This document shows, in pieces, positions 19,430 to 27,970 of a stretch of 64,000 nucleotides of DNA (the stretch's first letter is position 1; every line of letters begins with the position of its first letter). Location: positions 32,626 through 96,625 of IMG/VR virus record IMGVR_UViG_3300037156_000269; one strand, written 5' to 3'. Below the pieces are notes generated by a model. It saw only the letters and a program-made list of their open reading frames with translations. It searched no databases and had not been told where the DNA came from. Both the position numbers and the translations under genes were made by a program. Source of the DNA: a virus. Taxonomy: Duplodnaviria; Heunggongvirae; Uroviricota; Caudoviricetes.

Positions 19430-20359
19430 ATGCTGGCATACCGTCTCCCGTTTCATAGACATCTCAAATGGCTTTGTATCGAAGGACTGTCTGTCAAAGA
19501 CATACAGTCGTATTACGACAACATACAGATGGCCAAACCCACCGAGACGCAGATCGAAGCTGCCACAGAAGACGTGCGCAAAATGTTCATGTCCCCAGCT
19601 ACACGCCGGCGTCTCGCGAAGAAGATTTTTAGCACAGATGACCAGCTTTTATGGCAAAAATACGGGCTTGAGGAGATCTACCTCCATCAGGTAGGCCAAA
19701 CCCCCTGGGCCGAAATTCCGCAAGTGCTTAACCACCCCGTCATGCGCGTAGCTTTCGAATGCTGCCTCATTGCGGGTCTGGAGCACGAGGAGATATCGCA
19801 GCTATTGCCGTCGGTTTACGCGCTCCCTTTGAGCGCTAAGAACATCGAGACATACGCCAAGTATTTCTTCGATCACAAGGCCATGAAGAAAAGCGATTGG
19901 CAGGGGTACCTGAATCAGATCGCGGACGATCGCTACACGCACACCCGCATCTTCGCGGCACTCACCAGGCCACAAGAAGAAGTCTTACACGCCGTGGGCC
20001 TGCCGAGCAGACTTCAGTACGGGACCATGCTCAAGAACGTCATGAACACAGCCAACTACCGCTTCGAGTACTACTCGCGCCAGCAGAGTCCTGAAGCTCA
20101 GGCCGAGGCGCGCAGTTGGGCTAAAGTCATGATGGATGCCGGCGTACGGCACGAGAAATTCGGATCCACGGACGCCACGGATTTTTCCAAAGTCCTGCAG
20201 ACAGAGTTTGCCTACGCAGACGAGACCATAGAAAGCATCACCCCAGAAATGTTGTCGGATGTTAAACCAGCCGTTGATATGGTCGACAAAAGTCTATCGC
20301 CAGCGGTTCCACCACCGCCCGATGCTGTGAATCAATCACCGGATCGCAACGATCTCTAG
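19430..20359 (+). CDS. Hypothetical protein (terminase small subunit candidate)
   Basis: Helical 309-aa protein upstream of the terminase large subunit; position-based guess only. Confidence 0.35.
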   Translation: MLAYRLPFHRHLKWLCIEGLSVKDIQSYYDNIQMAKPTETQIEAATEDVRKMFMSPATRRRLAKKIFSTDDQLLWQKYGLEEIYLHQVGQTPWAEIPQVLNHPVMRVAFECCLIAGLEHEEISQLLPSVYALPLSAKNIETYAKYFFDHKAMKKSDWQGYLNQIADDRYTHTRIFAALTRPQEEVLHAVGLPSRLQYGTMLKNVMNTANYRFEYYSRQQSPEAQAEARSWAKVMMDAGVRHEKFGSTDATDFSKVLQTEFAYADETIESITPEMLSDVKPAVDMVDKSLSPAVPPPPDAVNQSPDRNDL

Positions 20360-21015
20360 TACCTTTAAAATCACTATGGCGATCATCTGACGCAGCGGAT
20401 AAAGAGGCTGTTTTGGACCGTAACCGGCGTTTTGAGAAGAGTAAAAAATCCTGGTTACAAATCACGATTTTCACCCGACTAGAGCAAAGGCTCTGTACTG
20501 TAATGATACAATATACGGCGCGTCACACCTATAGTGGTAGTTTATCTACTAGTCTAGGTACCAAAATGATACGTTTTTACACTTTGCGTCTACCCGGGTA
20601 CAAAAAGAAATAGGAAAAGTGGGTACAAATGACTCGCGGCGCATTCCTTAATTCTTCAATGAAATCAACGGCAACAAAAATGTAACCGTGTCACCACCGA
20701 CATGTTTAATAAGCTCCTAATAAAAGTTTTTGTGACTACATACCATTTCCTCTCAATTTATTTTATTAGAGCCCCCCTCTTGCGGGGAGGGTGCGACGGT
20801 GGTGACATTTGCTATTTTCTACACAATATTTGTTTTGTTTTTTCTGTACACAGACCCCGTTTAGCTATTATGCATGGCGGCAATACCGGTGATCAGTGAT
20901 AATTTTGTGCGCAGCAATAGGCGTCTAGGCTTTTTAAAACTGGCTTGCCTAATAACCCTCCCAGGGATAATTATGTGAACTGTTTGCAAACAAAACCCCT
21001 TTTAGGAGGAGATCT

Positions 21016-21495
21016 ATGTCTATCCGTTTCAGTGCAGTTCTTGCACTCATCGCTCTTTCAACAGTCGTGGCGTGTACGCCGGCCGCGGTAACACCGCCTG
21101 TGCCTGGCGCCAGCCCGACAGCAACCCCTGCCGCAGCCCCAAGCATTGGCTGTGTCATTGAGCAGTCTGTAGGCGGCGTTGTAGCCCTTGCGATCGCATC
21201 TGAGCTTCAGTGCTCGAATCAGTTGGCAATTCAGGCCACTGTGTCGGCAGCGGCTGTAAAAGTCGGTATTTGCACAGCTCCAGCAGCTCTTGCGATTGGT
21301 CAGCCCAAAGCGAAGGTGTCGGGTAAGCCAGCACTTAAGTCTGTAGGCGGCGATATCTGTACATCGGTCGCGAGCAGTGTGCTCTCAGGACTAGCAAATA
21401 GTGCGATCCCAGCGGCATGGGGCTGTTCGGCCGCAAGCGCTCAAGTCTCTCTTCAGAGCTTGATCGCCGGCGCTTGTGCAAAAGCATTCCCCTAG
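21016..21495 (+). CDS. Cys-rich lipoprotein
   Basis: Signal peptide with VVAC lipobox (Cys20); six further Cys; strong SD; own terminator. Confidence 0.7.
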   Translation: MSIRFSAVLALIALSTVVACTPAAVTPPVPGASPTATPAAAPSIGCVIEQSVGGVVALAIASELQCSNQLAIQATVSAAAVKVGICTAPAALAIGQPKAKVSGKPALKSVGGDICTSVASSVLSGLANSAIPAAWGCSAASAQVSLQSLIAGACAKAFP

Positions 21496-21521
21496 TACTT
21501 AAATAAAAGTTAGAAGACGAG

Positions 21522-21551
21522 AGCCGCGCTGTCATGGTGCGGCTTTTTTTA
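21522..21551 (+). terminator. Intrinsic terminator
   Basis: agccgcgc..gtgcggct followed by a T run. Confidence 0.75.
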
Positions 21552-21587
21552 TTCCAAATATGGGCAAAGTTTACCTATACTGGGTGA

Positions 21588-23294
21588 ATGAGTAATTCAG
21601 AACAAGAAGAGATGTTGGATGAGCTAGGGTCGGCGAATCCATATGAAGCCAATGCTGCGGCTCAAAAAAGAGCCGTCTACGATCAGAAGGCTGCCCGCGG
21701 TTTATCAGAGGCCACGAAAACTTTGATAAAAGCTTTGAAGACAAAGTGGGTTAGCACTCTAATTTATCTTGATGGAAAGCAGTTTAGTTTCGCCGGGCGG
21801 AATTATTTGTATCCAATTTACAACGGGTTCTACCCACGCAAGATTTTAAAGTTCGCGCGTCAGTCAGAGAAGTCTACTTTTCTCGCGAACGACATGATCG
21901 TGAACTGTGCAGTGACCCCTTATACGAAGTCCATCTACATCGCGCCATCGCACTCGCAAGTAAGACAGTACTCAAACGGCAAGTTGAAACCCTGGACCAC
22001 AGACTCTCCCATCTTAAAAAAGTTCTTCCTCTCCACCAGTGTCAGTGATCAGGTTTTTGAAAAAGGTTTCACCAACGGCTCGATGATGTTTTTGAGGTCG
22101 GCTTTTTTGAATGCCGATCGTGTGCGGGGGCTAAGCGGGACTGAACTCTATCTGGATGAGCTACAGAATATTTTATCCTCTAATATCCCTGTTATTTTAG
22201 AAGTCTTGTCCCATGCCGAGAGTCCGCAGGTGACCTACTCTGGTACGCCTCTCACAAATGACAATCCTATTGAGTCGATGTGGGCTAAATCATCGCAGTG
22301 TGAATGGCTGGTCCCGTGTACACGGCACTCACCAACTCACTGGAATTATTTAGACACGCGCAATATCGGTAAGACGGGTCCTATCTGTAACAAATGCGGC
22401 AAGGGAATTAATCCTGCTTTCGGAAAGTGGTTTAAGCTTTCGGCCCAAGACGATATCATGGGGTTCCACATATCTCAGCTCATGGTTCCGTGGATGCAGT
22501 CCCCTACAAAGTGGAAAGAACTTCTGTTTAAGTATGAGACTTACTCCACAGGTCAGTTTGCAAATGAGGTTTTGGGGGTCAGTTATGACTCAGCCTCTAA
22601 GCCGGTCACGCGCACCGATCTTATCGCCTGCTGCTCATCGAAACATCCATTCAGAAAATCACCAGACAACTACACAAATTCACTTACTTTGTTTGCAGGG
22701 GTTGATTGGGGGGAGGGTGTGGATGGCTCTGAAATAGGAGTTAAGGGCAGACTAAAAAATGCCAGTTACACAGTTCTTACCATCGGTGCTTACATCACTC
22801 CAAAAATCTTCCATGTGTTCTACATGAAACGCTACACCGGTGAAGAAGCTATGCCTGGTAATTGTGTTCGTGACATCATCCAGATCTGTAAACAAATGGG
22901 TGTTGCCTGCATGGGCGTAGATTGGGGCCATGGCTGGGGTGTGAACGAGCAGCTCGAGCTTGCTTTTGATAAGCCAGGCCACAAACGAGTGGTTAAGTTT
23001 CAGTATGTTGGGATGCAGAAGGAACGTAAAAAGTATGATGGCATAGGTGTAAAGTACCAGCTCAATCGTACAGAAGTCATGACAGATTTCTTTGAGGATT
23101 TAAAGCGACAGCGGTATCTCTTTCCGGACTGGGAAACCATGAAATCATTTCTTATGGACATCGAGCACATTCATGCGGAATACGCGACAAGCGGCACGCT
23201 CAAGTACGATCACAGAACGTCGGAACCTGACGATGCGGCTCACTCAATTATTTTGTGTCGCGAGGCTGCGGATAACTATTACGGGAAGCAGTAG
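21588..23294 (+). CDS. terL: Terminase large subunit
   Basis: ATPase motifs FARQSEKST and LYLDELQN, SGTP coupling motif; RNase H-like nuclease FAGVDWG..DDAAHS. Confidence 0.9.
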   Translation: MSNSEQEEMLDELGSANPYEANAAAQKRAVYDQKAARGLSEATKTLIKALKTKWVSTLIYLDGKQFSFAGRNYLYPIYNGFYPRKILKFARQSEKSTFLANDMIVNCAVTPYTKSIYIAPSHSQVRQYSNGKLKPWTTDSPILKKFFLSTSVSDQVFEKGFTNGSMMFLRSAFLNADRVRGLSGTELYLDELQNILSSNIPVILEVLSHAESPQVTYSGTPLTNDNPIESMWAKSSQCEWLVPCTRHSPTHWNYLDTRNIGKTGPICNKCGKGINPAFGKWFKLSAQDDIMGFHISQLMVPWMQSPTKWKELLFKYETYSTGQFANEVLGVSYDSASKPVTRTDLIACCSSKHPFRKSPDNYTNSLTLFAGVDWGEGVDGSEIGVKGRLKNASYTVLTIGAYITPKIFHVFYMKRYTGEEAMPGNCVRDIIQICKQMGVACMGVDWGHGWGVNEQLELAFDKPGHKRVVKFQYVGMQKERKKYDGIGVKYQLNRTEVMTDFFEDLKRQRYLFPDWETMKSFLMDIEHIHAEYATSGTLKYDHRTSEPDDAAHSIILCREAADNYYGKQ

Positions 23295-23296
23295 GT

Positions 23297-23330
23297 AAAA
23301 AAAACCCACCCCTTTTTACGGGGGTGGGTT
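23297..23330. terminator. Terminator closing the periodic array (minus strand), possibly bidirectional
   Basis: aacccacccc / ggggtgggtt 10-bp stem; T8 follows on the minus strand. Confidence 0.8.
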
Positions 23331-24260
23331 GCCGCAGAACGTCACTGCGCAACACTATGCCCATGCTTTACAGCACGTCACCCTGCTCTGCAAAAGCCCA
23401 ACAATGCGACACTGCACCGTGACGAAGCTTCACGATAATTCACACTGCCATGCCGCTGCAGAACCATACTTGACCCCACCTCATCATGCCAATGCTTCAC
23501 TCGGATTCAACAAAACTGCGCCTCATTTTACCGTGACGAGGCTTCACTAAGCCGCAGCTCACCTTGCCAACACTTCACGTTGCTGTGCTACACCTTGACA
23601 TCACTTCACCGTAGCTCACCTTGCCAAAACAAAACAGGACCCAACGGCGCCTTACCAACGCGAACCTAGACCAAGCTTTACGATACCGCCGCACAACACT
23701 ACTCCACTTTACTGCTGCTATTCTAGACCGTACATTGCCAACGCTAAACCGCACGCCACCTCATCATGCCCATGCCATGCTAGACGCTGCTTCACCTTAC
23801 CCATGCACTACCTGACCTAACTAAACTATGCTGGTACGAGGCCATACTCCACCTCACTCCACAACAACAGCACAATACTCGGCCGTACTAAAACAATGCT
23901 GAACTGAACCTTACCACTGCTTTACAGCACCTATGCATTACCTAACGTCACCTCACCCTACCAATACCGATCTGGACTATGCAGAACTCTGCTATGCCGA
24001 TGCCTTGCGAAACCATGCCACACCTCGCTATTGCATGAGACCGCCACACAGAACCACTGCTCAGCATCACCTCGCCTCACCATACCAACGCGTTACCGGG
24101 CTTAACCACGCAGACACTTTGCAGAGCCTTACAACACCGATGCCTGACTTTACATCACCAATGTGATACTCTAGACTACTTTACCATTACAGACCTGTAC
24201 GACACTCCGCCTCGCCTCGCCACGACCGTACATTGCTTCACATCACCATTACTTTACAAG
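23331..24260 (-). repeat. Non-coding 5-nt-periodic (NN-NGY)n array, candidate guide-RNA array
   Basis: Minus strand parses as CT TGT AA AGT AAT GGT GA TGT GA AGC AA TGT AC GGT CGT GGC GA GGC GA GGC GG AGT; register persists for ~930 nt. Confidence 0.85.
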
Positions 24261-24266
24261 TTTGGT

Positions 24267-25142
24267 TTATTGGACGGTCGGTTGCTGTTCGGCAGTTGCT
24301 GTCTTTTTACGGAGTGGAATATCGACTTCAGCGTTGATGCACTTAATCTCGCTGGAAAACATACCTCTACCACTATTGCGCCATTGTCCTAACCCATTGA
24401 AATATTGGCCATATTCGAAAATATCGAGAAGGAAATCCTCTGTCAGTTTCGAGTTCTTTAAGACACGCAAATCAAACTCAAACTCTGTTCCGGGTTCAAT
24501 GACTTCAGACTTGGCCAGCGTCACGCGGGGGCCTTGAGCTGTGATCACGCGGAGTGAGCGCTCAAGGAAATAAGGCGTTCCGTCGGCGTTGCGCTTTAGA
24601 TCCTTGTTGGCCACGATGAACGGGTTTACACATCGCACTTGAGTGTTGATGATCTCATGAGTGTAGGTAGCCGATTGGAGGATTGTGCCATTCTTCTTTT
24701 CTCGGACTTGGCACAATGTCTTCGCTGCGGCCTTCATGTATCCGTAGATCATGTGATCTCCGATGCACGGACGGTTTGTTTCTTTATCCCAGAAGAAGAT
24801 TGTCGCACCTTTTAGATCTAGACTCTGGAAGGTTTCTTTCAGCGCTTCGAGTTTACCGGTCAAAGCCATATCGCGCTGCTCAGGAGTGAATGTGTAGCCA
24901 ACGACGGTCTCTAGGCTGTCCACGAGGCGAGACAATTCCTCATCGCCCTTTTCAGCAGAGATTTTCATCTGTCCGAGGTATTTATTGACCGCTGTGTTCA
25001 CGTCACTCTTGTCGAGAATGAGCTCGCGCTGCTTCGAGAGGATGTGAGTGTTGTGGATGTGCGGATCGGACGGGTTGGTTGCAAGCATCTCTCTTAGAAG
25101 AGTGAGCTTGATGTGATACAGATCAAAAATAGTTGCACGCAT
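24267..25142 (-). CDS. Solitary Cas7/RAMP-superfamily protein
   Basis: RAMP-type pattern: N-terminal strand IKLTLL..LAT, helix IGDHMIYGYMKAA, SEVIEPGTEFEFDL, C-terminal Gly-rich loop GLGQWRNSGRGMF. Confidence 0.8.
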   Translation of the reverse strand: MRATIFDLYHIKLTLLREMLATNPSDPHIHNTHILSKQRELILDKSDVNTAVNKYLGQMKISAEKGDEELSRLVDSLETVVGYTFTPEQRDMALTGKLEALKETFQSLDLKGATIFFWDKETNRPCIGDHMIYGYMKAAAKTLCQVREKKNGTILQSATYTHEIINTQVRCVNPFIVANKDLKRNADGTPYFLERSLRVITAQGPRVTLAKSEVIEPGTEFEFDLRVLKNSKLTEDFLLDIFEYGQYFNGLGQWRNSGRGMFSSEIKCINAEVDIPLRKKTATAEQQPTVQ

Positions 25143-25198
25143 GGAAGACTCCTAGCCTTAAAGGCTGTTAAAAGTTGTAACACGATCGTTACAAAACA

Positions 25199-25211
25199 CT
25201 TATAACGGGAA
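25199..25211 (-). promoter_or_regulatory. Class-E promoter motif variant TTCCCGTTATAAG
   Basis: 57 nt upstream of the RAMP gene and downstream of a terminator. Confidence 0.45.
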
Positions 25212-25227
25212 TTGTTTATTTTGTGAC

Positions 25228-25254
25228 AGCTAAAAAGAAGCCCCGAAGGGCTCC
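25228..25254 (-). terminator. Intrinsic terminator with UUCG loop
   Basis: Minus strand GAGCCC-TTCG-GGGCTT then CTTTTTAGCT. Confidence 0.75.
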
Positions 25255-25260
25255 TAAAAA

Positions 25261-25500
25261 TCACAGAACATTTTTTGTTTCTAGTGCCAACTCTATCTGT
25301 TCGCTTAAGCTCTTTAGACACGCTTCCCTATCTATCTTCACATGTGCTCCCATGCCTTCTGCCTCCATAAATTCGATGAGCTCATCGAGCGCCTTCTTTG
25401 CCTGCTCGTAGTTCTTATCTTTGTAGTCTGGGTTGAGCACTGTCTGTGTCGCAAAGTTGTTGACGAAGGACATGAAAAAATCTGTCTGGTGAAGTTGCAT
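25261..25500 (-). CDS. Hypothetical protein
   Basis: Start MQLHQ at 25500 with AGGAGATTTATG. Confidence 0.6.
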   Translation of the reverse strand: MQLHQTDFFMSFVNNFATQTVLNPDYKDKNYEQAKKALDELIEFMEAEGMGAHVKIDREACLKSLSEQIELALETKNVL

Positions 25501-25507
25501 AAATCTC

Positions 25508-25792
25508 CTATGGTTTGTGTGGAATCTTCTCAAAACAAAGATCAGCCTCATCAAGTAGAACATTCAGTATCTTGAAAAGCTCCGGCGTCAGTTCCTCTAT
25601 ACTGAACGCACAGACAACGCTTGTGATCTTGTTTAGAAGCTCGGCGCTTTCGTTAATCATTATAATCTCGCTGTGACTCAGACTGAGTTTGCCTCCGTGT
25701 GCTTGCGCACGAAGACTATCTCTTAAGAAGTGCATTTTCTGTGTGAAGTGGTCTACCCTCTCCAGTAACTCGGCTAGATCTTCATTTGGCAT
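25508..25792 (-). CDS. Hypothetical protein
   Basis: AAGGAG SD; 94 aa. Confidence 0.6.
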   Translation of the reverse strand: MPNEDLAELLERVDHFTQKMHFLRDSLRAQAHGGKLSLSHSEIIMINESAELLNKITSVVCAFSIEELTPELFKILNVLLDEADLCFEKIPHKP

Positions 25793-25804
25793 AATAGCTC
25801 CTTT

Positions 25805-25915
25805 CTAGTTGTGTAAAAGCATCCAAGCAACAGCTCCAATAAGCACGGTCAGCCATGCGAGCGTCCTGGCAAGAAAAACGTTTCTGGCGGCTTGTTTGTT
25901 TTTAGCGAATTCCAT
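25805..25915 (-). CDS. Small membrane protein (36 aa, not in the ORF track)
   Basis: MEFAKNKQAARNVFLARTLAWLTVLIGAVAWMLLHN; AAAGGAG SD. Confidence 0.55.
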   Translation of the reverse strand: MEFAKNKQAARNVFLARTLAWLTVLIGAVAWMLLHN

Positions 25916-25941
25916 TAAATCTCCTTTAGTTTAATTAGAAA

Positions 25942-25967
25942 AGAGGACCTCTTGCGAGAGGTCCTCT
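25942..25967 (-). terminator. Intrinsic terminator
   Basis: Perfect 11-bp stem agaggacctct-tgcg-agaggtcctct after the collagen gene. Confidence 0.7.
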
Positions 25968-25979
25968 GGCCTGAACTGA

Positions 25980-26846
25980 TTATAACGTCGATACACGGAT
26001 CGGGCCTGAGACAGTGGTGACATCGGATCCAGAAAGGCTGGCGTTACTGAACAGCATCATACCTGTCGCCGAGGCGCCGCTGGCGTGGCAGCTTGAATCG
26101 AAGTACGAGAGGTAGTTTGTACCACCTGCCACATAAGCGTGGGCCTGGAGATAGCCTCCGTTGTAGACCACAATCTCACCCTCCATATAGGACGTGGAGC
26201 CTGCTCCGGCTGGGGCCATGACGTTACCCGTGCAACCTGCGCCGTCGTAGTACATTGTTCCGACGACTCTGATACCGCCAGCAGCCGTGTTGCTATAACT
26301 GATGAGGTGGCCAGATACGGTGTTCAGGAACAAGTTATAGTACTGGGTACCCATGATGAACTGGAGGTTGGGCTGAGCGCTTCCAGTGGAGTCGTGGACG
26401 ACGAGAGCGCTTCCAGCGGCACCGGCTGCTCCAGTCGCTCCTGTTGCGCCGGCGGGGCCTGTTGCTCCTGTGACTCCGGTCGCACCCGTAGCACCGGCTG
26501 CTCCAGTAGGACCAGCGGCGCCGGCTGCTCCGGCCGGGCCGGTAGCGCCTGCGGCACCAGCGGCGCCTGTGGCTCCGGTCGCACCTGTGCTACCGGTTGC
26601 TCCAGCTGCGCCAGCGGGACCTACGAGGCTCATGACGGTAGCGGTTGTTCCATTGCAGGTCATGTCGACGTTGTTGCCGTTTTGAGCGAGGGTACAGCCA
26701 GCATCAGCGAGAACCTGTTGCAGTTTAGAAGGGGCAGTAAGCGCTGGAGTCGCGGCAGTTGAGGAACCACCAGCTCCGCCTCCGGGACAAGCAGTGAGAG
26801 TAAGAGTCGATGAAAGAGCAAGTACAACTGTGTATAATGTTTTCAT
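25980..26846 (-). CDS. Collagen-like lipoprotein
   Basis: Start MKTLY at 26846 with AAGGAG SD; lipobox LTAC (Cys20); 24 consecutive Gly-X-Y triplets; C-terminal beta-rich domain. Confidence 0.8.
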   Translation of the reverse strand: MKTLYTVVLALSSTLTLTACPGGGAGGSSTAATPALTAPSKLQQVLADAGCTLAQNGNNVDMTCNGTTATVMSLVGPAGAAGATGSTGATGATGAAGAAGATGPAGAAGAAGPTGAAGATGATGVTGATGPAGATGATGAAGAAGSALVVHDSTGSAQPNLQFIMGTQYYNLFLNTVSGHLISYSNTAAGGIRVVGTMYYDGAGCTGNVMAPAGAGSTSYMEGEIVVYNGGYLQAHAYVAGGTNYLSYFDSSCHASGASATGMMLFSNASLSGSDVTTVSGPIRVSTL

Positions 26847-26856
26847 ATAAATCTCC

Positions 26857-27060
26857 TTAGTTTGTTTTATTACAAAGATCGTGGAACGCGTAAAACCCGT
26901 TGACCGGGAGTCCGAGAATTGCGACGAGAGTGTTTTCAATACACACTCTTGCCACGTCTGTTTTTTCTATGTAGCTCTGCTCGAATGTCTTATCAGTGGT
27001 TGTGCCGAGGGTGGCACATCCAGAGAGAAAGACGAACGAGCATAAAATAACTTTATTCAT
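26857..27060 (-). CDS. Small lipoprotein
   Basis: [15 protein letters not shown] lipobox; start at 27060. Confidence 0.6.
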   Translation of the reverse strand: MNKVILCSFVFLSGCATLGTTTDKTFEQSYIEKTDVARVCIENTLVAILGLPVNGFYAFHDLCNKTN

Positions 27061-27451
27061 TTTCTTCCTCTCCTTCTGTTTCTGCGGGTTCACTTGCCGC
27101 TGGGTTAGGGATGAACAATCTTGAGTAGGCCTCTGCATTCTTCTCTATAACGTTCTCGAGCATTTTCTGTATGAGCAGATCGTGTATCTCTGTGGCTTTC
27201 TTGCCCCAGACTTTTTCTTGTTCTTCTGCGATTTCTTCGAGTTCTCCCCAGACGATGAGGAAGTCATCTATGTGTCCTTTAAGACCTTCTGTGATGAGAT
27301 ACTTTGGTGCAGGGACGTCGTCTACGTCTTTACCTTTTTTTGCGTACTCGATAACTCTTGCGTGATATTTCTTATATTCGGCGTGTAATTGTTTGATCAT
27401 TTGAGCGACGGCTTGTTCAGAAAAAACTGATTTCATTTTGCTAGATTTCAT
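27053..27451 (-). CDS. Hypothetical protein
   Basis: GGAGG SD; acidic C-terminus. Confidence 0.6.
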   Translation of the reverse strand: MKSSKMKSVFSEQAVAQMIKQLHAEYKKYHARVIEYAKKGKDVDDVPAPKYLITEGLKGHIDDFLIVWGELEEIAEEQEKVWGKKATEIHDLLIQKMLENVIEKNAEAYSRLFIPNPAASEPAETEGEEENE

Positions 27452-27825
27452 AAATCCTCCACAATTTGTTTAAATTCTTTAATAGCTTGCCAGTGATTCC
27501 ACATAACGAGTTTAGCGATCTTCACCAAGAGCCAGTGTGTTCTTTGACAGTACCTGTTGTGTTCGTGCTCGATGTGTTTTAGTTGATAGCGTAGTTCTGC
27601 GATTGCGATTTCTTTTGCTGCCTCTGTGATGTCTTCGTCTGGGTCACTAATACGCTGCCCTGCCTTTAGGATGTCTTCTGCGGCAAGCTTCCCTATTTGG
27701 TAGGCAAGCGAGGTCGATCTCCTGCTGGCATGTCTGGACCTGAATATCATAACGACTTGGAATTGGACTAGAGTAGCTCCAAGCTCCACATCGTGTTTTC
27801 CTGGTAAAAACGTTTGTTGGTTCAT
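27448..27825 (-). CDS. Hypothetical protein
   Basis: AAAGGAG SD; ATGA coupling. Confidence 0.6.
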   Translation of the reverse strand: MNQQTFLPGKHDVELGATLVQFQVVMIFRSRHASRRSTSLAYQIGKLAAEDILKAGQRISDPDEDITEAAKEIAIAELRYQLKHIEHEHNRYCQRTHWLLVKIAKLVMWNHWQAIKEFKQIVEDL

Positions 27826-27918
27826 AAAGCTCCTTTAATAATTAAGTTTTGTTTCGTTGTTTAAACAGAAAAGCCCCAATCTATGGACACAAGACGTGTT
27901 CATAGCTTGGGGCTAAAT

Positions 27919-27959
27919 AGATACTATTTTATCTACACTATACTTATACCCGAAAAAGG
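27919..27959 (-). promoter_or_regulatory. 41-bp duplicated promoter module, copy 1
   Basis: 38/41 identical to 29045-29085; contains TTCGGGTATAAG. Confidence 0.7.
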
Positions 27960-27970
27960 TCGTTTTGTGC

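Noticed and set aside
23329-24166. Plus-strand ORFs 23329-23550, 23621-23815 and 23933-24166 (His/Thr/Pro-rich)
   Set aside because: By-products of the 5-nt periodic array: 5-nt periodicity is incompatible with codon structure, there is no SD, and they lie downstream of a terminator.
23331-24260. Canonical CRISPR array
   Set aside because: No identical 23-47-nt direct repeats separated by unique spacers.
26139-26762. Overlapping ORFs 26139-26762, 26324-26584 and 26386-26685
   Set aside because: Shadow frames of the collagen repeat.
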